DNA of 64,000 nt, from positions 19,313 to 83,312 of the forward strand of contig CAXSGP010000007.1 of the NCBI GenBank assembly GCA_964236955.1, read 5' to 3'. This DNA comes from an uncultured Oligoflexus sp. Its GTDB lineage: Bacteria; Bdellovibrionota_B; Oligoflexia; Oligoflexales; Oligoflexaceae. The notes under the pieces are model-generated. The model was not told where the DNA came from. It was given only the letters and a program-made list of their open reading frames with translations, and made no database searches. The translations under genes were made by a program, and so were the position numbers. Below are positions 9,625 through 17,919 of this stretch, piece after piece. Every line of letters begins with the position of its first letter. The stretch's first letter is position 1.

Positions 9625-10950
9625 ATGCCAAGTATCCTTTCTCTAAAATCGCTTTCGGAATCCTTAGCGCAAACCGCCATTCTAAGGCTCTCCCTCTTCC
9701 TATTAGCGACCCTCGCGGGTACCCCTGCCAAAGCCTCAAGTTCCGTCTCATCTGCCCCTGAGGCAAGGGAAGCTATCGCATTGGGGCTTAATGATGTCGC
9801 CATCTTAATGCCCTATGAATCCCATCCCGACATGATAGCCACAGCACCTACAGTGGCGGGCTTTGTGCCACCATTTGCTATCGAGGAGATTCAAAAGATC
9901 CTGCTTGCCGACGAGCAAACCCATGCCAGCGAAAATTTCGCGTTTGGCAATTTAGGGGATCAAACCCTTGAGCCGGATATTGCCAATCTTGGGTCTCTCG
10001 ATGGCCCCACACCCTTTCGTCTGGTCTCGATTCGTATCGATCCCTGCGCCAACTCTCTGGCTCGTCTAAAAAACGGTGAGGCCTGTGTTCATGAAGTCAG
10101 AAATATATGGCAACCCATGACGATTGAGGGGGGCAAAGCTTTTACAATCGATGTGAATCTTCATTCCATTCATCGTCTCGACGATAAAGCCTTCAAGCTA
10201 TTTATCAAGGATCTCAGAGCTTTACGCACCATAAGTGCACCAAAAAGTGAAGCCCTATCAGCCAACCCCACGCTGGTTCGGGAAGGGAAAAATGGACATT
10301 ATTTTGAGGGGCTCATGCATCTTTTAAAAACCCAGATCGGTTTACAAAATTTAAAGCGTGTGGCTTTTTTCGCCGATACCAATCCCAATTTCCTTGGCCA
10401 TTGGACGATGCTGGCCTTTGATCTTGAGGGTGAAAAGATCATTCGCGCTCCCTCCCCTACCCTCGGCAAACAGCCTGGTGAAAATCAAAAGCTCGTACAA
10501 AGAATCGAAGGCGCTCCCAATCGATTGGGTGAACCCCGGCCGCTGGGCGATTTTGCAGACAACCTCTTCCCACCGATGCCGGAACCCGCCTCTAGGGACG
10601 AAGCCTCGATGATGGAGCTGGCGAAGAATTTTCTTCTCAATAAATACCAGAGGGCTCTGGCCCTTGAAAATCCGCAGCTCCATGAACCAGCGAACGCGGA
10701 TTGTGCAAGTTGTCACATGGCCGTCATCGAGAAATTCAAACTTAAAAGAGAACTCGAAGCCATGGGCCTGGCCTTGCCAAAAGAGGAGTTTAAGGCGGAT
10801 GAGTGGAATCTTTCGAGCCAAGTGACCCCGGACTCAAGTCCCACTGCTCTACAAATCTTCAGCTTTTTCAAAAACCAATCACGAATCGCCCCCCGGGTTA
10901 TTCATGATGCGGTCTTGTCCGCTGAACGAATCAACGCCATGAAAAATTAA
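9625..10950 (+). CDS. Exported hypothetical protein with one CXXCH heme-c motif
   Basis: Signal-like N-terminus (..LLATLAGTPAKA); CASCH at 10702-10716. Confidence 0.6.
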   Translation: MPSILSLKSLSESLAQTAILRLSLFLLATLAGTPAKASSSVSSAPEAREAIALGLNDVAILMPYESHPDMIATAPTVAGFVPPFAIEEIQKILLADEQTHASENFAFGNLGDQTLEPDIANLGSLDGPTPFRLVSIRIDPCANSLARLKNGEACVHEVRNIWQPMTIEGGKAFTIDVNLHSIHRLDDKAFKLFIKDLRALRTISAPKSEALSANPTLVREGKNGHYFEGLMHLLKTQIGLQNLKRVAFFADTNPNFLGHWTMLAFDLEGEKIIRAPSPTLGKQPGENQKLVQRIEGAPNRLGEPRPLGDFADNLFPPMPEPASRDEASMMELAKNFLLNKYQRALALENPQLHEPANADCASCHMAVIEKFKLKRELEAMGLALPKEEFKADEWNLSSQVTPDSSPTALQIFSFFKNQSRIAPRVIHDAVLSAERINAMKN

Positions 10951-11010
10951 TTCCTGCAAAGACAATGCAAAAAAGGGCTCTCTCTGGTCAGGAATGAAAA
11001 AATACTGGAA

Positions 11011-11862
11011 TCAGGATCGAGGAAAAATTTCTCGATATCGATGGCAATAAGGGGTATCGCCTTTTTTCTCATAATAAAGCTGATGGTAGTCCTCGCCTGC
11101 CCAAAACCGCTGGGTGGGTTTGATCTGCGTTGCCACCTTGTGCCCCTTCTCCCGTAGATACGCGATCACCTCCTCGGCGGACTTCTTTTCGGTCTCGTCA
11201 TTATAGAATACTACGGAGAGATACTGTGGGCCTATATCGGGACCTTGCCCATTTTCCTGGGAAAAATCATGGGTCTCAAAAAAGTATTTAAGCAGATCTT
11301 TAAAGCTTAATTTAGCGGGATCGTAAATAACCTCCACCGCTTCCACATGCCCGCTTTTGCCCCCGCAGATCTGCTTATACGTGGGATTATCGAGATGGCC
11401 GTCCGTATAGCCGACTTTGGTCTTCAAAACGCCGGGAACACGCGCGAGATAATACTGAGTGCCCCAGAAACATCCCGAGGCTAAAATCGCCGTTTTGGTC
11501 TGAGCATCCATCTTAGGCTTAAATATAAGGCTTACGCTGTTTACGCAATGGCGGGTGTTTTTTTTCGTGAAACCTTCGCCTGCAAAGACATGCCCCAGAT
11601 GCGCCTGGCACTTGGCACAAACGATCTCAATACGTCGGCCATCGGGATCAGGATTTTTTTGCACCGCGCCTGAAACTTCGTCGTCAAAACTCGGCCACCC
11701 ACAGTGGGAGGCGAACTTATCAACGCTGTGATAGAGAAGTCCATCGCAGCGTTTGCAAAAATATTCGCCTGGTTCGTCCGTCTGAGTGTAGAGGCCTGAG
11801 AAGGCTGGTTCCGTGCCTCCATCTTCAATGACATGTCGCTCAAAAGGAGTCAATTCGCTCAT
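11011..11862 (-). CDS. msrAB: Bifunctional methionine sulfoxide reductase, MsrB-MsrA fusion
   Basis: MsrB motifs GTEPAFSG, CGWPSF, RHCVNS; MsrA motifs GCFWG, GHVEAV, EDYHQ.Y. Confidence 0.95.
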   Translation of the reverse strand: MSELTPFERHVIEDGGTEPAFSGLYTQTDEPGEYFCKRCDGLLYHSVDKFASHCGWPSFDDEVSGAVQKNPDPDGRRIEIVCAKCQAHLGHVFAGEGFTKKNTRHCVNSVSLIFKPKMDAQTKTAILASGCFWGTQYYLARVPGVLKTKVGYTDGHLDNPTYKQICGGKSGHVEAVEVIYDPAKLSFKDLLKYFFETHDFSQENGQGPDIGPQYLSVVFYNDETEKKSAEEVIAYLREKGHKVATQIKPTQRFWAGEDYHQLYYEKKGDTPYCHRYREIFPRS

Positions 11863-12118
11863 GCTAAGCTCCTCAATAGCTAGACGCCATTCGCTTGCAT
11901 GCTACGCGATATGGCTTTACAAGCATTATTTATGACTGAATCGGGCTTATTTTAAAAGCACTTTGCCCGTGTGGGAGTCCTTTAATAGAGGGGCCGAAAA
12001 GTTCTCCTGCTCGCTATCCTACCGGAAGTAATCTAAGGAATTCATAAACCGCCAAGTTTCCCCCAATGCAAAAAACCAGACGCAATGGCCTGGCCTTTAC
12101 AAAACTGATTGCTAAGTA

Positions 12119-13729
12119 TCAACGCACTTTGGCCTTGACCGAAGCTCCCGCCATTTTGAGAACGACTCCCTCTCCTGGACTGTCAACGAAGGCTTCACTA
12201 TGAATGATACGGCCATTGGCAAGGATTAGGGCCTTAAGATTGCTGCCGCTTCGGCTCCAAAATTCCCAGCTGCTATTGCCAACGGGATGCGCTTGAAATC
12301 CTGCCACATATACGTCGGCCCCATTGGGGACTGTACCCTGAATGCGTATTCGTTTCAGGGTCCAGCCCGGCAGAGGCGGTACCTCCTTCAATGATTCCGT
12401 GCTAACCATGCATCGACTGCGCTGGCGTACGGCCTCACAAGGCTGTGTTTTGGAAACTTTCATCTTCCATCGATGGCCCACCTCACCCTGGCCCTGTGCC
12501 GCCATAACCAGGGGAAACTTTTCGCCGGCAGTATCGGTGATCGTGCTGCCGTTTTTCAAGCGCCAGAAATCTTTAGTTTGCTGGCCTTCATCGATAAACC
12601 AGTTGCCGTTTTCCTTGAAGGCCCAGTAGGTTTTCTTCATGTGCAACCGAAGCAGAGAGGAGAGCGCGCGCCCGGTCTCCTCATAGGACTTGGCAAAACC
12701 GGCGATGAATGAACTTTTTTCCGTTTGTCCAAAGGGCGAATGCCATTCGATCTCCGCCCTGATATAGCCCACCTGCTCGCCATTGCTAATGTAGGAAAGC
12801 ACGAGTTTCCATGGTGAATTCTTATCGACACTAAGGCCTAGGTTTTGCAAATCGTTGACGAGTACAGGCAAAATGCGATCATGCACCACATCCTGCTGCC
12901 GTTGATCCATAAGATTACCTGGCTTTGCCTGCGATTTGGAACTGCCGACGCTGATGCGATTGAGGCCATCATCAAAGTAAATGCCCAGCGAGCTATCATT
13001 CGTGTCAGAAAGATCAGATGCTATTGTATTCTTGTCTTCATCCGCAGGTTTTTCGGCGTGATCATCCTTAAAGTCAAACCGATCGATATCCTTGGTGCCG
13101 CCCGCCGTTGCCCCCGGCTGGTCGGCGGATGCTGCACTCTCGCGCCTGGGAGCCGATTTACCAGCATTCTTCGCAACACCTTTGAGAGTTCGCATCGCAA
13201 TCGAGATCTGCAGTTCTATATCTTGTTTCTCGCCACCCCGGGGAGGGACCACGACTTGCTTGAAACCGGTGAGCTGCCCCTTCTTGTCAAGCGCAATCGT
13301 CACCTTATCACCAGCTCGGAGCTGCAAATAACGCCGCCATTCACCAAAGCTATCCGTAACACCCATCTTCTTGTCGTTGATCATGACATCAGCCGCGGTC
13401 ACGGGATGGCCACTCTCCTCCAGGGCTCTTATTTCAAGCAAAACATAAGGTGTTTGGGATTCCGTGCGACGAAAGTATCCAAACAGTCCAAAGCCGGTCA
13501 ATACAAAAGCCAGAAATGCCAAGGCCATCACTATATTTTTTATCGGCAGTCCAGACCGTCTTTGCCGGGTCGCCTTGGACTTGAACTTTGGCATGACGCT
13601 CGTCCTCGGGGCGGTCCGAGAAGACTCGACAGGGGCGATTCGTGTCCGGCTCGCATCCGGCTGCGGGAACAGCTCGTGGACGGGAATACGTCTGACTGGA
13701 TTTTGCTGCAATTTGGGCCTGGACTTCAC
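12119..13729 (-). CDS. Bitopic membrane protein with PEGA/carboxypeptidase-regulatory-like beta domains
   Basis: Basic cytoplasmic N-terminus, one TM helix (IVMALAFLAFVLTGFGLFGYF), 'GHPVTAADVMINDKKMGVTDSFG' and 'TVPNGADVYVAG' patterns; RBS AGGAG before GTG. Confidence 0.6.
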   Translation of the reverse strand: MKSRPKLQQNPVRRIPVHELFPQPDASRTRIAPVESSRTAPRTSVMPKFKSKATRQRRSGLPIKNIVMALAFLAFVLTGFGLFGYFRRTESQTPYVLLEIRALEESGHPVTAADVMINDKKMGVTDSFGEWRRYLQLRAGDKVTIALDKKGQLTGFKQVVVPPRGGEKQDIELQISIAMRTLKGVAKNAGKSAPRRESAASADQPGATAGGTKDIDRFDFKDDHAEKPADEDKNTIASDLSDTNDSSLGIYFDDGLNRISVGSSKSQAKPGNLMDQRQQDVVHDRILPVLVNDLQNLGLSVDKNSPWKLVLSYISNGEQVGYIRAEIEWHSPFGQTEKSSFIAGFAKSYEETGRALSSLLRLHMKKTYWAFKENGNWFIDEGQQTKDFWRLKNGSTITDTAGEKFPLVMAAQGQGEVGHRWKMKVSKTQPCEAVRQRSRCMVSTESLKEVPPLPGWTLKRIRIQGTVPNGADVYVAGFQAHPVGNSSWEFWSRSGSNLKALILANGRIIHSEAFVDSPGEGVVLKMAGASVKAKVR

Positions 13730-14183
13730 CTAAAGCTCCTGAACGACGAAAACCTCGAAAAACTAAATGGTCTTAGCATCAGTCTAGGTGGGGTCTTATG
13801 GGAAAAAAATGGGCAGCTTTTTCCTGAAGCCCAGTCTCCGCCTGAATCTCGCCCCGGGCCAGACTTCGAAGGCCCAAGAGCAATTTTGAGTCGGCAAAGT
13901 TTACCCAAAACGCTTAGCCCGTCTGTGTTTGAGACCAATCAAAACGCTTGTTCAAAAGGTATCGGTCAAAAGCTTTGCCATGAGACCTTGGGGCCCCCTC
14001 CGGGCATGGCCCCTGCGAAAAGGCATCCCAACACCAAATCGCCTAAAATAAAATCCTGTCGTTCCTTTAGCGATGAAAGAAGCCATCGGTGACTTGGCTC
14101 AAAAAAAAAAGCTGAACTAGCTCTTCAGATCGGATAACGACGAATGGTACAATCGAGCGACAAGTTTAAGATTTCAAGGAGAT

Positions 14184-15089
14184 ATGGACCCTATGCGAAG
14201 CCTTTCTCGAGCGGTTGCGCTCCTTGCAGTAACCGGCTGTATGAGTAATGCCGCCAGAGTCGAAAAAACTATACTTAACCAAGCCGCGGGAACAGAGCCG
14301 GAATCGCCATCGACTCCTATTGTCGAGTCTGCAGCTTCAAATTTGCCTTTGCCCCCTACACCTCTGGCACTGGTGGATGAAATTCAAACAAGCCCCACCC
14401 CGGCCGCCGAAGTTCAGTCGGAATGCGAAGCGTCCAAAAAGCTGGTTCATTTGCCCTATTTCCTAAAAGAGTCGTCGGCGCTGGTGGTCGGTCTCGACCA
14501 AACCTGCAAAGAATCCAAAGACAGCCAGGAGCCCACGCTCTCCACCAACATGTCGGTGGTAGGTGTAGCGTGCACTGGGTCACCAGGTTTTATCACCCGA
14601 CGTGGTCACAGCACCCATAACTGGGAAGTCGTAACATTTGGAATGGACCTCGGTTGCAAAATGCAGGCTCCCGAACAGGTCAGGTCCATGGGTAAACAAA
14701 AGCTCGGAATCGCCGCCGATCCTCAGGTCGTTTCCTTTGTGCCGATGATGATTGAATACTGGGAATTCGAAAAGAATAATGATGCAGGGCTGGGATCGAC
14801 GCCCACGCTTACAGCATCGGGTGGCGGAGCGGCGCAGTGGAAGCAGAACGAAACGAAAAGCGTAAGCTTTCCTATCAAGCTCTATGGGCATTCAAGCACC
14901 TTTGGCAAAGACCAGCCAGTTTATGAGGCCCGTGCCATACTTTTACCGAAGTCCAACCAACGTCAGTTCCAGGTTCAAGTGGAAGACATGAGACTCTTAA
15001 GCGGTGAAGAGCTTAAAGCCACGCAGCAACGCTGCCAGGCCAAGACTCGATCCGAGTCGGGCTGTCGAGAAGCTTTTGAAAATCAATAG
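14184..15089 (+). CDS. Hypothetical cysteine-containing lipoprotein
   Basis: RBS AAGGAG; lipobox LAVTG-C; Pro/Ser linker followed by a domain with several Cys. Confidence 0.7.
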   Translation: MDPMRSLSRAVALLAVTGCMSNAARVEKTILNQAAGTEPESPSTPIVESAASNLPLPPTPLALVDEIQTSPTPAAEVQSECEASKKLVHLPYFLKESSALVVGLDQTCKESKDSQEPTLSTNMSVVGVACTGSPGFITRRGHSTHNWEVVTFGMDLGCKMQAPEQVRSMGKQKLGIAADPQVVSFVPMMIEYWEFEKNNDAGLGSTPTLTASGGGAAQWKQNETKSVSFPIKLYGHSSTFGKDQPVYEARAILLPKSNQRQFQVQVEDMRLLSGEELKATQQRCQAKTRSESGCREAFENQ

Positions 15090-15176
15090 CTTCGCCGGAA
15101 GGCGGCAGTGAGGAATATCCTCGACTGCCGCACCGATAAACATCACGGCGAAATGTTTAAACTTCGCCAGAACGGG

Positions 15177-16058
15177 TTAGATGAGTTTCAAGGCAAGCTC
15201 AGGGACTGCACTGGCCTGGGAAAGGACAGAGGTTCCGGCTTGGGCCAAAATTCTATTCTGAGTAAACTCAGCCGTTACCGCTGCGAAATCCACGTCGCGG
15301 ATTCGGCTTCGACTGGTCGACATGTTCTCGACCTGGACGCCGAGGTTATTGATGGTTGAATTCAACCGACTCTGCTTCGCACCCAGCATCGCGCGATTTC
15401 CAGCGATTTTTTTGATGGCGTTATCGATAACACCGAGCTTATTGGCAGCCTCCTGACGATCGAAATCGCCGTTGGCTTCTTCGGGACCTATTTCTGCACC
15501 GGAATTCAGCCCGAGAACCTCCCCAGCATTCAGTTTGATGGCATCGATATCGATATCGATGGTGTCGGTATTGGGAACTGATCCATCACCGGCACCGACA
15601 TGGATCGTCAGGTTACCGACACCCTTATTGCCTGCAGCACCGCCGAGTAGGTTCATGCCGTTAAATTCGGCCGTCGAGGAAATACGGTCGATTTCTTTGA
15701 CCATCTCCGTATATTCCTTGTTACTGTAGGAACGTTCCAGGTTTCCAATCGTATCGGACGAAGCCTGGGTCGCCAGTTCCCGCATACGCATGAGTATATT
15801 GGAAATTTCATTCATACCGCCTTCAGCAACCTGAATGAGGGAGACCCCATCGTTGGCGTTGCGCTTGGCTTGATCGAGCGATCTGATTTTGCCCGTTAAT
15901 GTTTCTGAGATCGCAAGACCGGCTGCATCATCCGCAGACTTGTTGATGCGGAGTCCACTCGACATCTTTTCCATGTTGGAAGCCATATTTGCTGTGGTTT
16001 CGCCCATGCGGCGTTGAGCGACGAGAGAGGCGACGTTGGTACGAATGCGTAAACCCAT
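15177..16058 (-). CDS. fliC: Flagellin (short, 293 aa)
   Basis: MGLRIRTNVASL, SSGLRINKSADDAAGLAIS, RMRELATQAS, SRIRDVDFA, QAGTSVLSQA. Confidence 0.97.
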   Translation of the reverse strand: MGLRIRTNVASLVAQRRMGETTANMASNMEKMSSGLRINKSADDAAGLAISETLTGKIRSLDQAKRNANDGVSLIQVAEGGMNEISNILMRMRELATQASSDTIGNLERSYSNKEYTEMVKEIDRISSTAEFNGMNLLGGAAGNKGVGNLTIHVGAGDGSVPNTDTIDIDIDAIKLNAGEVLGLNSGAEIGPEEANGDFDRQEAANKLGVIDNAIKKIAGNRAMLGAKQSRLNSTINNLGVQVENMSTSRSRIRDVDFAAVTAEFTQNRILAQAGTSVLSQASAVPELALKLI

Positions 16059-16109
16059 TGTAAATCTCCTGGTTAATCCGTGATGTTTGTTGTGCTAGGC
16101 ACAAACAAC

Positions 16110-16136
16110 CTATCGTCAGACCGCCAAATGAAATTA
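16110..16136 (-). promoter_or_regulatory. Sigma28-like promoter of flagellin
   Basis: Minus strand TAAT-N15-GACGATAG versus consensus TAAA-N15-GCCGATAA, about 50 nt upstream of the ATG. Confidence 0.65.
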
Positions 16137-16192
16137 CAAAAATCGACAAATCGTCTTTTGGAAAAGACTAAATATTTGTTTTAAATAAACGC

Positions 16193-16238
16193 AAAAAACA
16201 TCATCCCTCTAAGTGCTATTCGCAACTTAGAGGGATGA
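16193..16238 (-). terminator. Intrinsic terminator after the 16363-17607 gene
   Basis: Perfect 14-bp inverted repeat TCATCCCTCTAAGT/ACTTAGAGGGATGA, followed on the minus strand by TGTTTTTT. Confidence 0.75.
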
Positions 16239-16362
16239 GTTAATGCCTAAATGTTTATGAGAAAAAGCCTAGTTGGATTTTGTTAAATGATGCATGTGTT
16301 CTTGTTAAAAATACTATACTTATTTATTTTTTTACAAAAAAAACGTCTTTTTTCTTGGTATA

Positions 16363-17607
16363 TCAAAGACTAGCGCTATTGCCATTGCAGCGTTTCCAGA
16401 ATTGATTGAGGAGAATCAGCAGACTATGGTAGAAGCCGAGCACGCCCAAAGTCAGTATAAGGGGTTCCCACCAGAGCAGAACCTGAGGTGCCAGCCAGTT
16501 GCCGATGGCTTCCGCCGGTAGATACATATGATCGACCATGAGGGTGCCGAGCGTGCTGAGGGCCACTCCCAGAACTATCGATAGGTTCAGGCCTCGCAGG
16601 GCGGGGAGCATAAAGGAGCCTACGCCAATGGCGACAATAATAAAGGCCGTGGAAACAAGGACATCTCTATCGAGGGGCATCGCCCATATCTGGGTCCACA
16701 GATTGAGCTTGGACATCTGCCAGACCGCCCTCAGGCCCCAATATCCTTTCCAGGCAGCAATGAGCAGAAGGAGGCCGAGAATGAGGCAGCCCCAGCTTCC
16801 ATAATCTTTAAGAAAAGCACGAAAGACACTGTCCTCCTGCAATGGCTTGGCAAAGGTCTGAGGTAGGGGTCGAAAAATTCCGCCGCTTGGCTCTTCCAAG
16901 CTGTCGCAGTTTATATTCTTCAGAGCCATGAAGTTTTGCACGGTGGGCCAGAAATAGACGGGCTCCTCATTTTGGGTGGAATCAGTAAACATCCGCGCCA
17001 AGGCTTTACTGCGGACAGCCCAGGCATAGGCGAGCGGCACCAAAGATAAAAAGACAAAACTAAATTCCAGCTCCATGAGCCAAAAGACAGAAAGAAAAGA
17101 TGCCCCCAGTATCAGACGGGATCCCGATCGAATCCAATGGACCATGAACATCGCCCAGATCGAAATGCCAAACATGATCAGATGATCGCCGGAAATCTGA
17201 CCGCTGGACGCGATCAGGCGCCCCCGACTGAAGAGTGCCAAGCCGACGATCAGGGCCATCAGCCAGGAACGGGTCACAATTCTTGCCAGTATCATGCATG
17301 CTAAAGCTGTCGTCACAAGAAAGCCCTGATTATAACGAATAAAACTGGCCTCAGAAAATATTCCACTGCGACAGGCCTGCTTCAGCATCAGGCGATAGAA
17401 AAATGAATTGCCCCAATTGGGTCGCCCCGAACTTTCCGAAGGTCCCGCCCAGCCTTCCTTTTGGCAGGCAGCGCCATCCGCTACGGAAGCGTGATTTTGC
17501 GGAGCATAAACGATCACGTAGGAGCGCATGTCCATCCAGACGAGTCGCATTAAGATCATGAACAAGAGGGCCGTAATCATCGCGGCCTTGACTTCGATTG
17601 AACGCAT
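16363..17607 (-). CDS. Polytopic membrane protein, possibly GT-C/ArnT-like
   Basis: Roughly 9-11 hydrophobic helices with an N-terminal external loop; RBS GAGGAG. The fold assignment is only a guess. Confidence 0.55.
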   Translation of the reverse strand: MRSIEVKAAMITALLFMILMRLVWMDMRSYVIVYAPQNHASVADGAACQKEGWAGPSESSGRPNWGNSFFYRLMLKQACRSGIFSEASFIRYNQGFLVTTALACMILARIVTRSWLMALIVGLALFSRGRLIASSGQISGDHLIMFGISIWAMFMVHWIRSGSRLILGASFLSVFWLMELEFSFVFLSLVPLAYAWAVRSKALARMFTDSTQNEEPVYFWPTVQNFMALKNINCDSLEEPSGGIFRPLPQTFAKPLQEDSVFRAFLKDYGSWGCLILGLLLLIAAWKGYWGLRAVWQMSKLNLWTQIWAMPLDRDVLVSTAFIIVAIGVGSFMLPALRGLNLSIVLGVALSTLGTLMVDHMYLPAEAIGNWLAPQVLLWWEPLILTLGVLGFYHSLLILLNQFWKRCNGNSASL

Positions 17608-17919
17608 CGCAGCTCCTCAGCAAGAACGATTGGAAGACATATACGTAAAAATCCCTAAACCATCGGCAGCCTCCACCCGTCTTTCCCAATGGCATCAATT
17701 GCGCTTTCATTGCGCACTTTTTCTCGCGTTCTGCCCTTTTATACGACCGCTGGAACAGGTCACTTTGACTAAATCTATTTTTTTTGCTTAAGTATCAATC
17801 TGAGCAACGGAGTACTGGACCAATCGTCGCGAGCGCGCTAAATTGTTTCTATATATTTCCCATAGAGCAAAATAGAGTGCCTCATAAGGCCATTTGGCAT
17901 TTCGAGCTTGGAGCTTAGC

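Noticed and set aside
13958..13980. Possible sigma54 or sigma28 promoter on the minus strand (TGGCAAAGCTTTTGACCGATA)
   Set aside because: The -12 element is GA rather than GC, and the sigma28 -35 spacing is poor; too ambiguous to call.
12845..14092. 415-aa plus-strand ORF
   Set aside because: Mostly antisense to the 12119-13729 gene, no recognisable motifs, and a composition typical of shadow ORFs.
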